Of a stretch of 64,000 nt of DNA, positions 17,864-26,781 are shown one piece after another. Every line of letters begins with the position of its first letter. The stretch's first letter is position 1. The stretch spans positions 19,519 to 83,518 of the IMG/VR virus record IMGVR_UViG_3300037827_000551; one strand, written 5' to 3'. Source of the DNA: a virus. Both the position numbers and the translations under genes were made by a program. The notes beneath the pieces are model-generated. The model saw only the letters and a program-made list of their open reading frames with translations. It made no database searches and was not told the origin of the DNA.

Positions 17864-19078
17864 ATGTCAGTCTACATGAATTACGACGGCTTCAGATCTT
17901 GCCGGGGAATGATCGATCACGGCAAAGTCAGCGAGGAGCCGCTCAACCTGTCCGCCGAGGATGAAGCCCGAATGCTCGGCCCTGAAGGCACTGACGTCCA
18001 CGAGCACGCCAAGCATCACCTGGGCGTCGACGAGGACAAGGTGTGGACTGATCCCAAGCGAAATAAGTACCCATTCGCCAAAGAGGGTCGCGCCCACATC
18101 CCCGCTCTTCACGATATCCGCAATAAAGCCGCCGAAAACGGCCACGAGGACGTCAAGGATGCCGCCAGTATGCTCTTGGGTCACTTCAAGACCAAGCATA
18201 AGCCTGATGAGCGATCCGAACGATCACTGACCTTGGTGGAGATCCTGGACCCCGAGGAGCGTCGGATTGTCAAAAAGACAGACGGCTACCACGTGATGTC
18301 CGAGGATGGACAGAAGCATCTCGGGGGGCCATACAAGACTAAAGAGGAAGCCCTCAAGAGGTTGGGCGAGGTGGAATATTTCAAGCACGAGGGCAAATCA
18401 CAGATTCTATCCCCGGAAAAGCGTGTTCTCCCCTTTAATTTCGCCGATTTCCGGGTCAAGGACGGCGGCGACGGTTCTGATCGGAAACTGGTTGGTTACG
18501 CGGCCAAGTTCGACAAATTGAGCCAAAACCTCGGTGGTTTCCAGGAGAAGATCAACAAGGGGGCCTTCGACGAAGTCTTGAAGACGGCCGACGTTCGGGG
18601 CCTTCGCAATCACGATCCAGACAAGATTCTGGCTCGCACCGCCTCGGGGACCATGCGAATCGGAACCGATGACGTCGGCCTCTGGTATGAAATGTCGTTC
18701 CGCAATACGCAACTCTGGCGTGACACGCTCAGCGACATCGAATCCAAGGACATGGATGGTTCCAGCTTCAGTTTCACGGCCGACGAGAAGGCTGGTGACG
18801 ACGAGTGGGACGAGACGACGAATCCGCCGACTCGGACACTAAAGCGGGTTCGCGATCTCTTTGACGTCGGCCCCGTATCCTATCCCGCCTATCTCGACAC
18901 GACGGCCCATGCCCGCCAATGCCGGTCATACCAACGGTTCCTGGCCTCTCCCGCCCGCGAAGAGATGAACCGCATTCGCGAGGAGGAGGAAAAAAAGGCG
19001 GCCGCGCAGTTGCGGCGAAAGAAAATCCTTGAATTCAAGCTGGGGTTAGCCCCCGGCTTTCTCACGGTGACCACCTGA
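17864..19078 (+). CDS. prohead protease (HK97 family) with ~190-aa N-terminal extension
   Basis: GYAAKF, F.E.I..GAF, NHD...LART.SGT, D..GL, SFSF, DVGPVSYPAY. Confidence 0.92.
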   Translation: MSVYMNYDGFRSCRGMIDHGKVSEEPLNLSAEDEARMLGPEGTDVHEHAKHHLGVDEDKVWTDPKRNKYPFAKEGRAHIPALHDIRNKAAENGHEDVKDAASMLLGHFKTKHKPDERSERSLTLVEILDPEERRIVKKTDGYHVMSEDGQKHLGGPYKTKEEALKRLGEVEYFKHEGKSQILSPEKRVLPFNFADFRVKDGGDGSDRKLVGYAAKFDKLSQNLGGFQEKINKGAFDEVLKTADVRGLRNHDPDKILARTASGTMRIGTDDVGLWYEMSFRNTQLWRDTLSDIESKDMDGSSFSFTADEKAGDDEWDETTNPPTRTLKRVRDLFDVGPVSYPAYLDTTAHARQCRSYQRFLASPAREEMNRIREEEEKKAAAQLRRKKILEFKLGLAPGFLTVTT

Positions 19079-19086
19079 AACCTACG

Positions 19087-19380
19087 ATGGCACAAAACAT
19101 TCGCATTCGCCCGACCCCTACCCGCGATGGCCTCGCCGTTTTCGAGTTCACGGTAACCATCGAGGACGTCGAACTCGGGTCCTGGGAAGTCTCGCGGCGC
19201 CTTCGTAGGCAGTGCGACGATGTTTCGGTTTTGTGGAGCAACGGCGTAACTTCTCTGGCCTTCGCTCGTGCTGGCATCAGCTCATTTTCCGCTCTTGATA
19301 GTGCGTTAAATGACATCATTGCAGCCGGCATCGGTGGCCGAGTCTGTCACGGCCAAGATGCTCACTTGCAGCCCCGGTAA
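19087..19380 (+). CDS. hypothetical protein
   Basis: ORF between protease and capsid. Confidence 0.5.
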   Translation: MAQNIRIRPTPTRDGLAVFEFTVTIEDVELGSWEVSRRLRRQCDDVSVLWSNGVTSLAFARAGISSFSALDSALNDIIAAGIGGRVCHGQDAHLQPR

Positions 19381-19468
19381 GCGTACTCAGACTTCAGTTC
19401 TTTCTCAATTCGATTCGCAGTTACCCAAGGCCCGGCTTTGCCGAGCATACCACGAAAGGTAATTACAC

Positions 19469-20968
19469 ATGCCTGCAATGGCAAAGCCGAAATTGACCGT
19501 ACCCGAGTTGCTCCGCAAGAAGTCGGAGCGCCAGGGAGAACTCCAAAAGCTGTCTAACGAGTGGACCAAGGATGGCCGAGAGACCACCGATGAAGAGATG
19601 GCCACTCTTCAAGAAATCTCGCTTGAAGTCTGCGAACGGGGCTTCTGGGATACGCAGATCGACGCCCGCAAGAAGTGGGACGTGATCGACAATAGCTTGA
19701 AGGGCGGCAAACGCGAGTCAGATCACACCTATGACCATGGCCTGATGCCGCACAACGACGTCATCAACACTCGCAACGGACGCTACGAGTACAGCTTCTT
19801 GAAGGTTCTCCGCCACCAATCCGACCCTCGCCGCTGGCCGTTGGATGGCATCGAGGGCGAAGTCGATACCGAGATGAAAAAGGCTCGATCGGTACAAATG
19901 CTCCCTTCGGCTAGAGGAACCCAAGTTCCTTTGGACCTGCCGATCGACCTGGGTCAATCCCTTCGTTTTGCTCAACGGAATGGCTTCGGTCGTTCGACGC
20001 TCACCCAGATGGCCTTGACTCGCAATAAAATGCGAGCCTTGGTCGGTGACGACGGCACCGAGTCGCGAACCTTGGACACCAATGCTGGTGGGGGTAGCAT
20101 CCCGACAATTCTCGACACGACGATGATCGAGATTTTGCGTGCGCGCATGGTTACGTTTAACCTTGGTGCGCGAGTGATGACTGATATGCAGGGGCTATTC
20201 GCCATCCCTCGGCAAGCGACGGCGTCAACCTTTTATATGGTTGGCCAGGGCTCGGCAGTCACCGGGTCAAACCAGACGATAGACCAAGTCCAGTTCTCGC
20301 CGCACACGGGCGGCGTTTACACGACCTATACTCGCCAATTTTTGGAGCAGACTAATCAGGACGCCGAGATGTTCGTCCGCGAGGATCAAGCGGCGGTTGT
20401 TGCCCGTGGCGTTGAGACCCAGGCCCTGAACGGCCAGGGCAACAACGGCTATCCGCTCGGTCTCTTGAACAACCCCGAGATCGGCGTATATGCCATCGGT
20501 GCCAATGGCGGAGCTCCGACGTGGACGCAGCTTGTTGCCCAGGAAGCATACGTGGCATTCTTCAATGCCGACGTGGGATCGCTCGGATACGTGACCGATG
20601 CCCTTGTTCGTGGCACACTGAAGACCACGACCAAGATCTCCGCCTCGACCTTTCCGATTTACCTCTGGAATACGGAAGCCCCTGATTTCCCGGTCAACGG
20701 CTACCCGTGTGCCGTGACGAATTTGCTGCCTCAGAATATCACCAAGGGCAGTGGCACGAACTTGCACGCCATGATCTTCGGTAACTGGGAAGATCTCATC
20801 TACGCCTTCTGGAGCGGCATGGACGTGATCATCGACCCGTACACCGCCGCAAGCCAAGGTGCGGTCAACGTTGCTACACTACAAGATTTTGATGTGAACG
20901 TACGTCACTATCAGAGCTTCGCCAACTGCACGGACATCATTTCCAGCATCGCGGCACCGAATACTTGA
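19469..20968 (+). CDS. major capsid protein (HK97 fold, N-terminal scaffold domain)
   Basis: GG.IPT, IPRQ, NG.G...P.GLLN, NGYP..VTN.LP, IFGNW, IDPYT, D..VRH..SF. Confidence 0.92.
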   Translation: MPAMAKPKLTVPELLRKKSERQGELQKLSNEWTKDGRETTDEEMATLQEISLEVCERGFWDTQIDARKKWDVIDNSLKGGKRESDHTYDHGLMPHNDVINTRNGRYEYSFLKVLRHQSDPRRWPLDGIEGEVDTEMKKARSVQMLPSARGTQVPLDLPIDLGQSLRFAQRNGFGRSTLTQMALTRNKMRALVGDDGTESRTLDTNAGGGSIPTILDTTMIEILRARMVTFNLGARVMTDMQGLFAIPRQATASTFYMVGQGSAVTGSNQTIDQVQFSPHTGGVYTTYTRQFLEQTNQDAEMFVREDQAAVVARGVETQALNGQGNNGYPLGLLNNPEIGVYAIGANGGAPTWTQLVAQEAYVAFFNADVGSLGYVTDALVRGTLKTTTKISASTFPIYLWNTEAPDFPVNGYPCAVTNLLPQNITKGSGTNLHAMIFGNWEDLIYAFWSGMDVIIDPYTAASQGAVNVATLQDFDVNVRHYQSFANCTDIISSIAAPNT

Positions 20969-21229
20969 TAGGAGTCACCATGAATCGCCGCAGTCTCTTC
21001 GGCGTGATCCCGGCAATTTTCGCGGTGCCGATTTTGAGTAGGATGGCAGCAATGTTTTCACGGAAGCCCTTAGATCGGGATCACGTCAGATACTCGAAAC
21101 GGAAAAAGGAGATCGCGGGGTCCATGTGTGATTCGTGGAACAAGATGTTTTTGGACGACCAAATCGGCGACAAAGGTCGCCGTAGGATCATGACCCCGCT
21201 TACTCATGAAGAATACCAAGAGAGATTCC

Positions 21230-21685
21230 ATGCCTGATAACCCCATCAGCCCTGATTCAATGAAAAAGGGCGTCGCGTCGATCCAAAAGCCAACGGAACC
21301 TCTACGGCTTGGGCATTCGGAAGAGAGGTTGCCCGGTTCGGGCTACAGCCCGAAGAACCTCTGTTTCTACGAGCATGTTTCGCCAAAGTCGATTATGATC
21401 GGCGGTCGAGTCGTCGCGACCGGCGAAGTGATTGCGATCACATCGGAAAAGGAAATCCCCAGCAAATTCTCGCTACAGCCCGACTACCTTTCCACGAGCC
21501 GGGCGAGCGAATTGATCAAAGGGAAGTTCGGCCGCGAACATCCAGGCCCGGCGACGGTCTCGATTCGCAGGCCAGATGTTGAGGATGTGCTCAAGAGTTA
21601 CGGGTTCCAGCCCAAGAGCCTGATGGGCAATCGCATGACCGTCGCACCCCCGGAGGCCGTGAAACAGAAAGCGGGGGCGTTTTGA
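21230..21685 (+). CDS. hypothetical protein (post-capsid)
   Basis: coupled ORF. Confidence 0.55.
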   Translation: MPDNPISPDSMKKGVASIQKPTEPLRLGHSEERLPGSGYSPKNLCFYEHVSPKSIMIGGRVVATGEVIAITSEKEIPSKFSLQPDYLSTSRASELIKGKFGREHPGPATVSIRRPDVEDVLKSYGFQPKSLMGNRMTVAPPEAVKQKAGAF

Positions 21686-21933
21686 TGAGTGTGAATTGTG
21701 GCAAAGTTCTGCCGCTTGGTTCGGTTCACCACTCTATCCACACCGATTACTGGTTCGGCGACACAGTCTATCTCAGGGTTCGCTCCGATCGCCACAAGGG
21801 GATGATCATCGGCATCCGTCTTTGGCCCGACGGCCTGGCTTACAATGTCACGTGGGGTTACAGTGGAGCCGAAACGCCGCATTATGGGATGGAGTTGACC
21901 TCGGAGTTCGAGTCGGATTTGGGGGTTATTTGA
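21682..21933 (+). CDS. hypothetical SH3-like protein
   Basis: FGDTVYL...GMIIGI....Y.VTW. Confidence 0.55.
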   Translation: MMSVNCGKVLPLGSVHHSIHTDYWFGDTVYLRVRSDRHKGMIIGIRLWPDGLAYNVTWGYSGAETPHYGMELTSEFESDLGVI

Positions 21934-22202
21934 TGCCAGGGAATGGACCAGCGCCAACAGGGCAAAAGCCGTCGCCGCCGCCAGCACCGCCATTGCCGAA
22001 GAATTTGACCTATGGGATTCAAGTGACGAACCGAGAAATCAACGCTGTGCCAGCAACGCCTCCTGCCCAATCATGGAAGCCCATGGCTCGTTTGCCGCAG
22101 ATCGACCCGATGGTTATGCTGGAGTTATTGAAGGCCGGCGTGATGACCAAGGACGAGGTTCGGGAGAGGCTGGGGCTGTCGAAAGAGAGCGAGAAGTCAT
22201 GA
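21933..22202 (+). CDS. hypothetical Pro-rich protein
   Basis: ATG coupled to the previous TGA; C-terminal GVMTKDEVRERLGL resembles a portal C-terminal motif. Confidence 0.55.
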   Translation: MPGNGPAPTGQKPSPPPAPPLPKNLTYGIQVTNREINAVPATPPAQSWKPMARLPQIDPMVMLELLKAGVMTKDEVRERLGLSKESEKS

Positions 22203-22822
22203 CGACCATCAATCAAATGCGAGTCGGCTTTGGCTACCAGACAGTCCCTGGTGGCGACCGAGAAATCTCAAAAGGCGGGTTCCGCATGGGCGACAAGCCG
22301 CTTGAAATGTTTGATGTCAGCCCGTCGCCCTACCCGGCGTACCACAGTGCGTTAATTGGGGCTACTGACGCCGACGCCGAGCAGTACGTCCACGAGGACG
22401 CCGCCAGGTTCTTAGCGGAAATCAAGACCACGATCGATGCTCCGCCGAGTCCGGAACGAACATGGCAACTTCAGGTTTATAGTTGGCTCTATGCGATCAT
22501 CAAGGGCAAGGTGAAGTTGTGAGCTTCGATATCAAGGGCATCGATTTCAATTACGCAACCCAAGAATACATGACTGAGGTCATGGTTCGGATTTTGGTCG
22601 AGATTCGCGATGGGCAGAACGAGCAAATCGCTGAGATGGCCGAGGCGAACGAACTGCTCCGGAAGTTGATCGAAGTGACCGGAAATCTCGGTCCTGATAT
22701 TTGGGATATAGCTGAGCGGATTACACACGTGGAAAAACTCGTTCGCTAGGTGAAGCCATGAGCGAAAACAAGTTCAAGGTTCCTGTCAGGACATGGCCAG
22801 AACCCGAGGCCGCTTCCACTAA

Positions 22823-23824
22823 ATGACCTGGCCTGGACTACCATCAGGATTCCAGCAAAACTACTGGCGGATCAATCAGCTTATTCCGCCCGCCCAAGAG
22901 CCGGTCACGCTCTCTGATGCTAAAAATTTCGCCCGCATTGAATTTGACAACGACGACGCGACGGTCACCGACCTGATCACAGCCGCGAGGGAATACGCCG
23001 AAGTAGCCCAGAAGCGGGCTATTCCGACCCAAGTATTCCAGATGTACATGATGGGGTTTTCGTGGTCGGGTGGATATTATGACCGAATCATACGTTCAAT
23101 AGGTCCCAGCCCGTGGTGGCTACCATCGGCCCAAGGGATCATGACCATTCCTCACCCGAACGTTCAGATGGTGCTCTCGGTCCAATACATCGACCCTTCA
23201 AGTGGATTATGGGATTATGTACAGCCTAGCACTTATACATTTAGCTACAATAGTACGCCAGGCCGCATATCCCCTATTGAGGGGGCGGTTTGGCCGTTGC
23301 CTCGACCTCAGCAGGACAACGTTATCATCACGTTTGTGTCCGGTTACGGTCCAACCGCTCAAGGCTCGGCTCAGAGTCAAACCCTCGCCGTCCAGGGTGT
23401 GGCGACGTCGGGCACCTTCGTCTTGAGTTGGAATGGCGACACAACCACGAACCTCAACTGGAACTGTCAAAGCAGCGACATCCAGACCGCCTTGCAGGCC
23501 CTGGGAAACATCGGGGCAAACAACGTCACCTGCATAGGCGGTCCCTTCCCTGTCGCTCCAATTATCGCTACGTGGGCGGGAACGCTCGCTTCCGGGTATC
23601 AACCGCTAATCACAGCGACGAGCAATCTGAGCGGAATCGCAACCAGTCAGCCCTCGGTGCTTACAAATATCGCTCCGCTGATGCCGTCGAGCACTCGCAC
23701 AGCCTTGAAACAAATCGTCGCGGACACATACGAGAACCGTGAAGCGAGTATGGATATCACACTCAAGATTACCCCAACGAGCAATCGGATGTTGCAACCA
23801 GAGATGTGGGGTAGTTACGTATGA
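22823..23824 (+). CDS. head-tail connector (HK97 gp6-like) with inserted beta domain
   Basis: EPVTLSDAK.F.RI...DDA...LI.AARE.AE; V.ITF.SGYG; YENRE. Confidence 0.85.
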   Translation: MTWPGLPSGFQQNYWRINQLIPPAQEPVTLSDAKNFARIEFDNDDATVTDLITAAREYAEVAQKRAIPTQVFQMYMMGFSWSGGYYDRIIRSIGPSPWWLPSAQGIMTIPHPNVQMVLSVQYIDPSSGLWDYVQPSTYTFSYNSTPGRISPIEGAVWPLPRPQQDNVIITFVSGYGPTAQGSAQSQTLAVQGVATSGTFVLSWNGDTTTNLNWNCQSSDIQTALQALGNIGANNVTCIGGPFPVAPIIATWAGTLASGYQPLITATSNLSGIATSQPSVLTNIAPLMPSSTRTALKQIVADTYENREASMDITLKITPTSNRMLQPEMWGSYV

Positions 23825-23852
23825 TTAATTCTATTTATTTTACAGGGAACGC

Positions 23853-25463
23853 ATGAGCGACGCAATCGACTCGATCGACCCCGAAGAAATGACCGTTCGT
23901 CAACTTGTTGATGAGGTTCGCCGATCGCGGGGAACTCCTGTTCAGCCAATGGAGTCGATCCCACCAAAATACAGCATTGTGATCATGTACCCCAACGCGG
24001 GCTATCTGATGCCGTGTGCCTTCGCGTCGTCGCACGGAGCCTCATTCAAGCATCGAGTCAGTGTCTTCCCATTACAATTTGGTGATATCGAACACAATTT
24101 CAACATGATGCTTTGTTCGTCATACAGCGAGAGAAAAGACAAAGAGTTAACCCACATCGCCATGGCCCACAGCGACATCGGAGCCCAATCAGGTTGGCTC
24201 GACGTTCTCCTGGAAGAAATGGACCGACTCGACGCCGATATCATGACCACGGTACTGCCTATCAAGGATGAGCGAGGCTTGACGACTACCGGTATCCGCT
24301 ACCCCGAAGTCTGGGGAACCCGCCGGCTGACGATGCACGAGATTGCCCGGCTCCCCGAAACCTTTTCGATCGACGACACCGACGAGCCAAGGGGCACCCT
24401 GGCAATCAACACAGGGCTCTGGGTCGCTCGGTTTGACGAACGCTCACGAATACCGTGGCATCGCTTTGAGGGCTTTCACCCCAAGCACAAGATCGATTGG
24501 TCAGACCCCGAGAACCCACAGGCGTGGTTCGATTCGGAAGACTGGCTTTTTTCAGACTGGTTAGCCAAAGAAGGCATCAAAGCCTACGCCACTCGCAAGC
24601 CGGTCGCTTTCCATCGCGGAGGCCAGGATTTCGGCAACCAAGGTACATGGGGCACATGGGACAGAGAATTACAGCGGCCTCAACGTCCGGTCGACGAGCG
24701 GATCTCGACCCTTCCCAAGCCGAACCTGACGATCGAGACCGAGCACCCAGTCGCGGTCGATAGCCTCGATCACACGCAGCCGCTTGGCACGGCTCTGGAC
24801 AATTTCTTCAGCTTGGCCTTCAATCGCAAACTCTATGAATTGATCCCTGCCAAGGAAGTCCGTCTCCTCGATCTCGGATGTGCCGGCGGTGGCCTTGTAC
24901 GCTCAATCCTGGAAGACGGCGGGTTCGCAGTCGGGGTTGAAGGCAGCGACTTCAGCAAGGAGCGACAACGGGCCGAGTGGGCGACGATACCGGAGTGGCT
25001 GTTTACCGCCGACGTGACCGAGCCGTTCGCGATCAAGAATTGTGCGACGGCTGATCCGCTCAAGTTCAATGTGATTACGGGCTGGGAATTCTTCGAGCAC
25101 ATCGCCGAGGATAAACTCGAAGCCCTCTGGGCGAACATCCTTAAACACGCCACCAACGACGCGATCCTGATTGGCACCATCTCGCCACGAGAGGAACCGC
25201 ATCACGTGACGGCAAAGCCAAAGAATTGGTGGATCGACAAGATGGCCGAAGCCTCGCTTCAAGCCGATTGCGAGCATGTCATGTGGGTCGGTCACGCTCC
25301 CGAGATCGAGGAGCACTTCGGCACTGATCTTGTTCGCCAAATTGCTCAGGGTAACACTGGATCGTTCGCGTTTGGGATGAGGATAGTGGAAGGCGGCGGC
25401 CGATTCAGCAACAGGATCTCGAACGCGATCAAAGCCAGTGCTTTCGCAAGATCAAAAGCCTGA
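23853..25463 (+). CDS. glycosyltransferase-like + class I SAM methyltransferase fusion
   Basis: GT-A-like HSD and SEDWLF; MTase LLDLGCAGG, GVEGS, FNVITGWEFFEHI. Confidence 0.75.
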   Translation: MSDAIDSIDPEEMTVRQLVDEVRRSRGTPVQPMESIPPKYSIVIMYPNAGYLMPCAFASSHGASFKHRVSVFPLQFGDIEHNFNMMLCSSYSERKDKELTHIAMAHSDIGAQSGWLDVLLEEMDRLDADIMTTVLPIKDERGLTTTGIRYPEVWGTRRLTMHEIARLPETFSIDDTDEPRGTLAINTGLWVARFDERSRIPWHRFEGFHPKHKIDWSDPENPQAWFDSEDWLFSDWLAKEGIKAYATRKPVAFHRGGQDFGNQGTWGTWDRELQRPQRPVDERISTLPKPNLTIETEHPVAVDSLDHTQPLGTALDNFFSLAFNRKLYELIPAKEVRLLDLGCAGGGLVRSILEDGGFAVGVEGSDFSKERQRAEWATIPEWLFTADVTEPFAIKNCATADPLKFNVITGWEFFEHIAEDKLEALWANILKHATNDAILIGTISPREEPHHVTAKPKNWWIDKMAEASLQADCEHVMWVGHAPEIEEHFGTDLVRQIAQGNTGSFAFGMRIVEGGGRFSNRISNAIKASAFARSKA

Positions 25464-25526
25464 TTGGTGCTTGGTACGAATTGACAGCCAAAGGAGAGAC
25501 GGCTTTGGCGGAGATCATGGGCATCC

Positions 25527-25934
25527 GTGGTTAGACCAGTAAAATCCGGGCGAAGCAGGCAGCGAGTGCTCCTCTTCGATGTTCCAGAAAGTGGTGTCGA
25601 TTCATTCGGACAGCCATCGCAGAGCACGGTCCAGATCACGAATACGGCGGCTACCGACGGCGGCTTCTGGGCCGAAGTGATTCCACTTCAGGGCAACGAA
25701 ATGCTGAATGTTAGAACCGTGTGGCCAACGGCTAGCCATATCGTTCACATGCGTTGGCTTGGATCGGTTATTCCATCATCTCCCGATAATCCCAACGGCC
25801 TACTTGTTCCAAATATGAAGCTACAGCTCCTTTTGGACAATTCGATTCTAAATATGCTGTTCTGTGACAATGTCGAGAAAAGAAACCGCCAGTGGACTCT
25901 GACCTGCGAGGAGCACATTAATGCCACCTCTTGA
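25527..25934 (+). CDS. head closure / stopper protein
   Basis: G..RQRV.L....D.FG....WAEV.PL.G.E. Confidence 0.8.
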   Translation: MVRPVKSGRSRQRVLLFDVPESGVDSFGQPSQSTVQITNTAATDGGFWAEVIPLQGNEMLNVRTVWPTASHIVHMRWLGSVIPSSPDNPNGLLVPNMKLQLLLDNSILNMLFCDNVEKRNRQWTLTCEEHINATS

Positions 25935-25946
25935 TGCGGAGATATC

Positions 25947-26339
25947 ATGAGTACCCAAGCCACCGTCACTCGCGGCCTGCAAACAATCCCGTCGTACCCC
26001 TCGATCAGTGGCTACACGCAATCCGTCGGCGGAGTCAATTCGGCGCCGATCTCATATGGGCCCACGGGATTCGCCGCGAACACAAACGCATCCCTGATTA
26101 ACGCCGTGATAACGCATGCCACGGTTCAAGAAGTGGTTCTGTGGAGCGACAAGGGAATTACGCTGAATTTCGGCAATGCCACCAATGGTACTCCGAGCAT
26201 TATTCTTCAGCCGGGCTCGGTTTTCGAGTGGAATTCAAGTGACGGCTATTTCGCGAACCCGTTTTCCACGAACACGAACACGATCTATGTGAGCTGCAAC
26301 GCGGCCTCAAGGCTCTCCATGTTTATACTCCAAGCCTGA
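25947..26339 (+). CDS. probable virion protein
   Basis: position and beta-rich composition. Confidence 0.6.
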   Translation: MSTQATVTRGLQTIPSYPSISGYTQSVGGVNSAPISYGPTGFAANTNASLINAVITHATVQEVVLWSDKGITLNFGNATNGTPSIILQPGSVFEWNSSDGYFANPFSTNTNTIYVSCNAASRLSMFILQA

Positions 26340-26342
26340 TCC

Positions 26343-26774
26343 ATGACCAAAGTCAAAATCATAGTCACTGGAATCCCGGAAATCGATCGCCGCCTTCGCA
26401 CGCTTCCTTACCGCGTTCAGCGGAAAGTCGTCATGCAGAGCATGAGAAAAGGCATGAAGATCGTTCTATCCGAAGCCAAGAAGCAGGTTCCTGTTGATAG
26501 TGGGTTGACCAAGGCCAATATCAAACTCCGTGTATTCAAGTTCAGAAAGCGCGACGAACAGGGGCTTCAGGTCTCCGTGATGTCCAATCCGGGATTCATC
26601 CGGGTCACCAAGGCTGGTATTCGCTATTGGTATCCGGCCATCGTCGAATTTGGGGCGAAAAACAGGAAAGCCAATCCGTTCCTCCGCAGGACGTACACAT
26701 CAATGGGTCCAATGGCCCGCAATATCGCCATGATCGCGCTCCGCGATGGGGTTATAAGAGAAGCCGGATGGTAA
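26343..26774 (+). CDS. HK97 gp10-like tail completion protein
   Basis: G..E..R.L..L, PVDSG, Y...VEFG....ANPFLR. Confidence 0.85.
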   Translation: MTKVKIIVTGIPEIDRRLRTLPYRVQRKVVMQSMRKGMKIVLSEAKKQVPVDSGLTKANIKLRVFKFRKRDEQGLQVSVMSNPGFIRVTKAGIRYWYPAIVEFGAKNRKANPFLRRTYTSMGPMARNIAMIALRDGVIREAGW

Positions 26775-26781
26775 CTACTAA

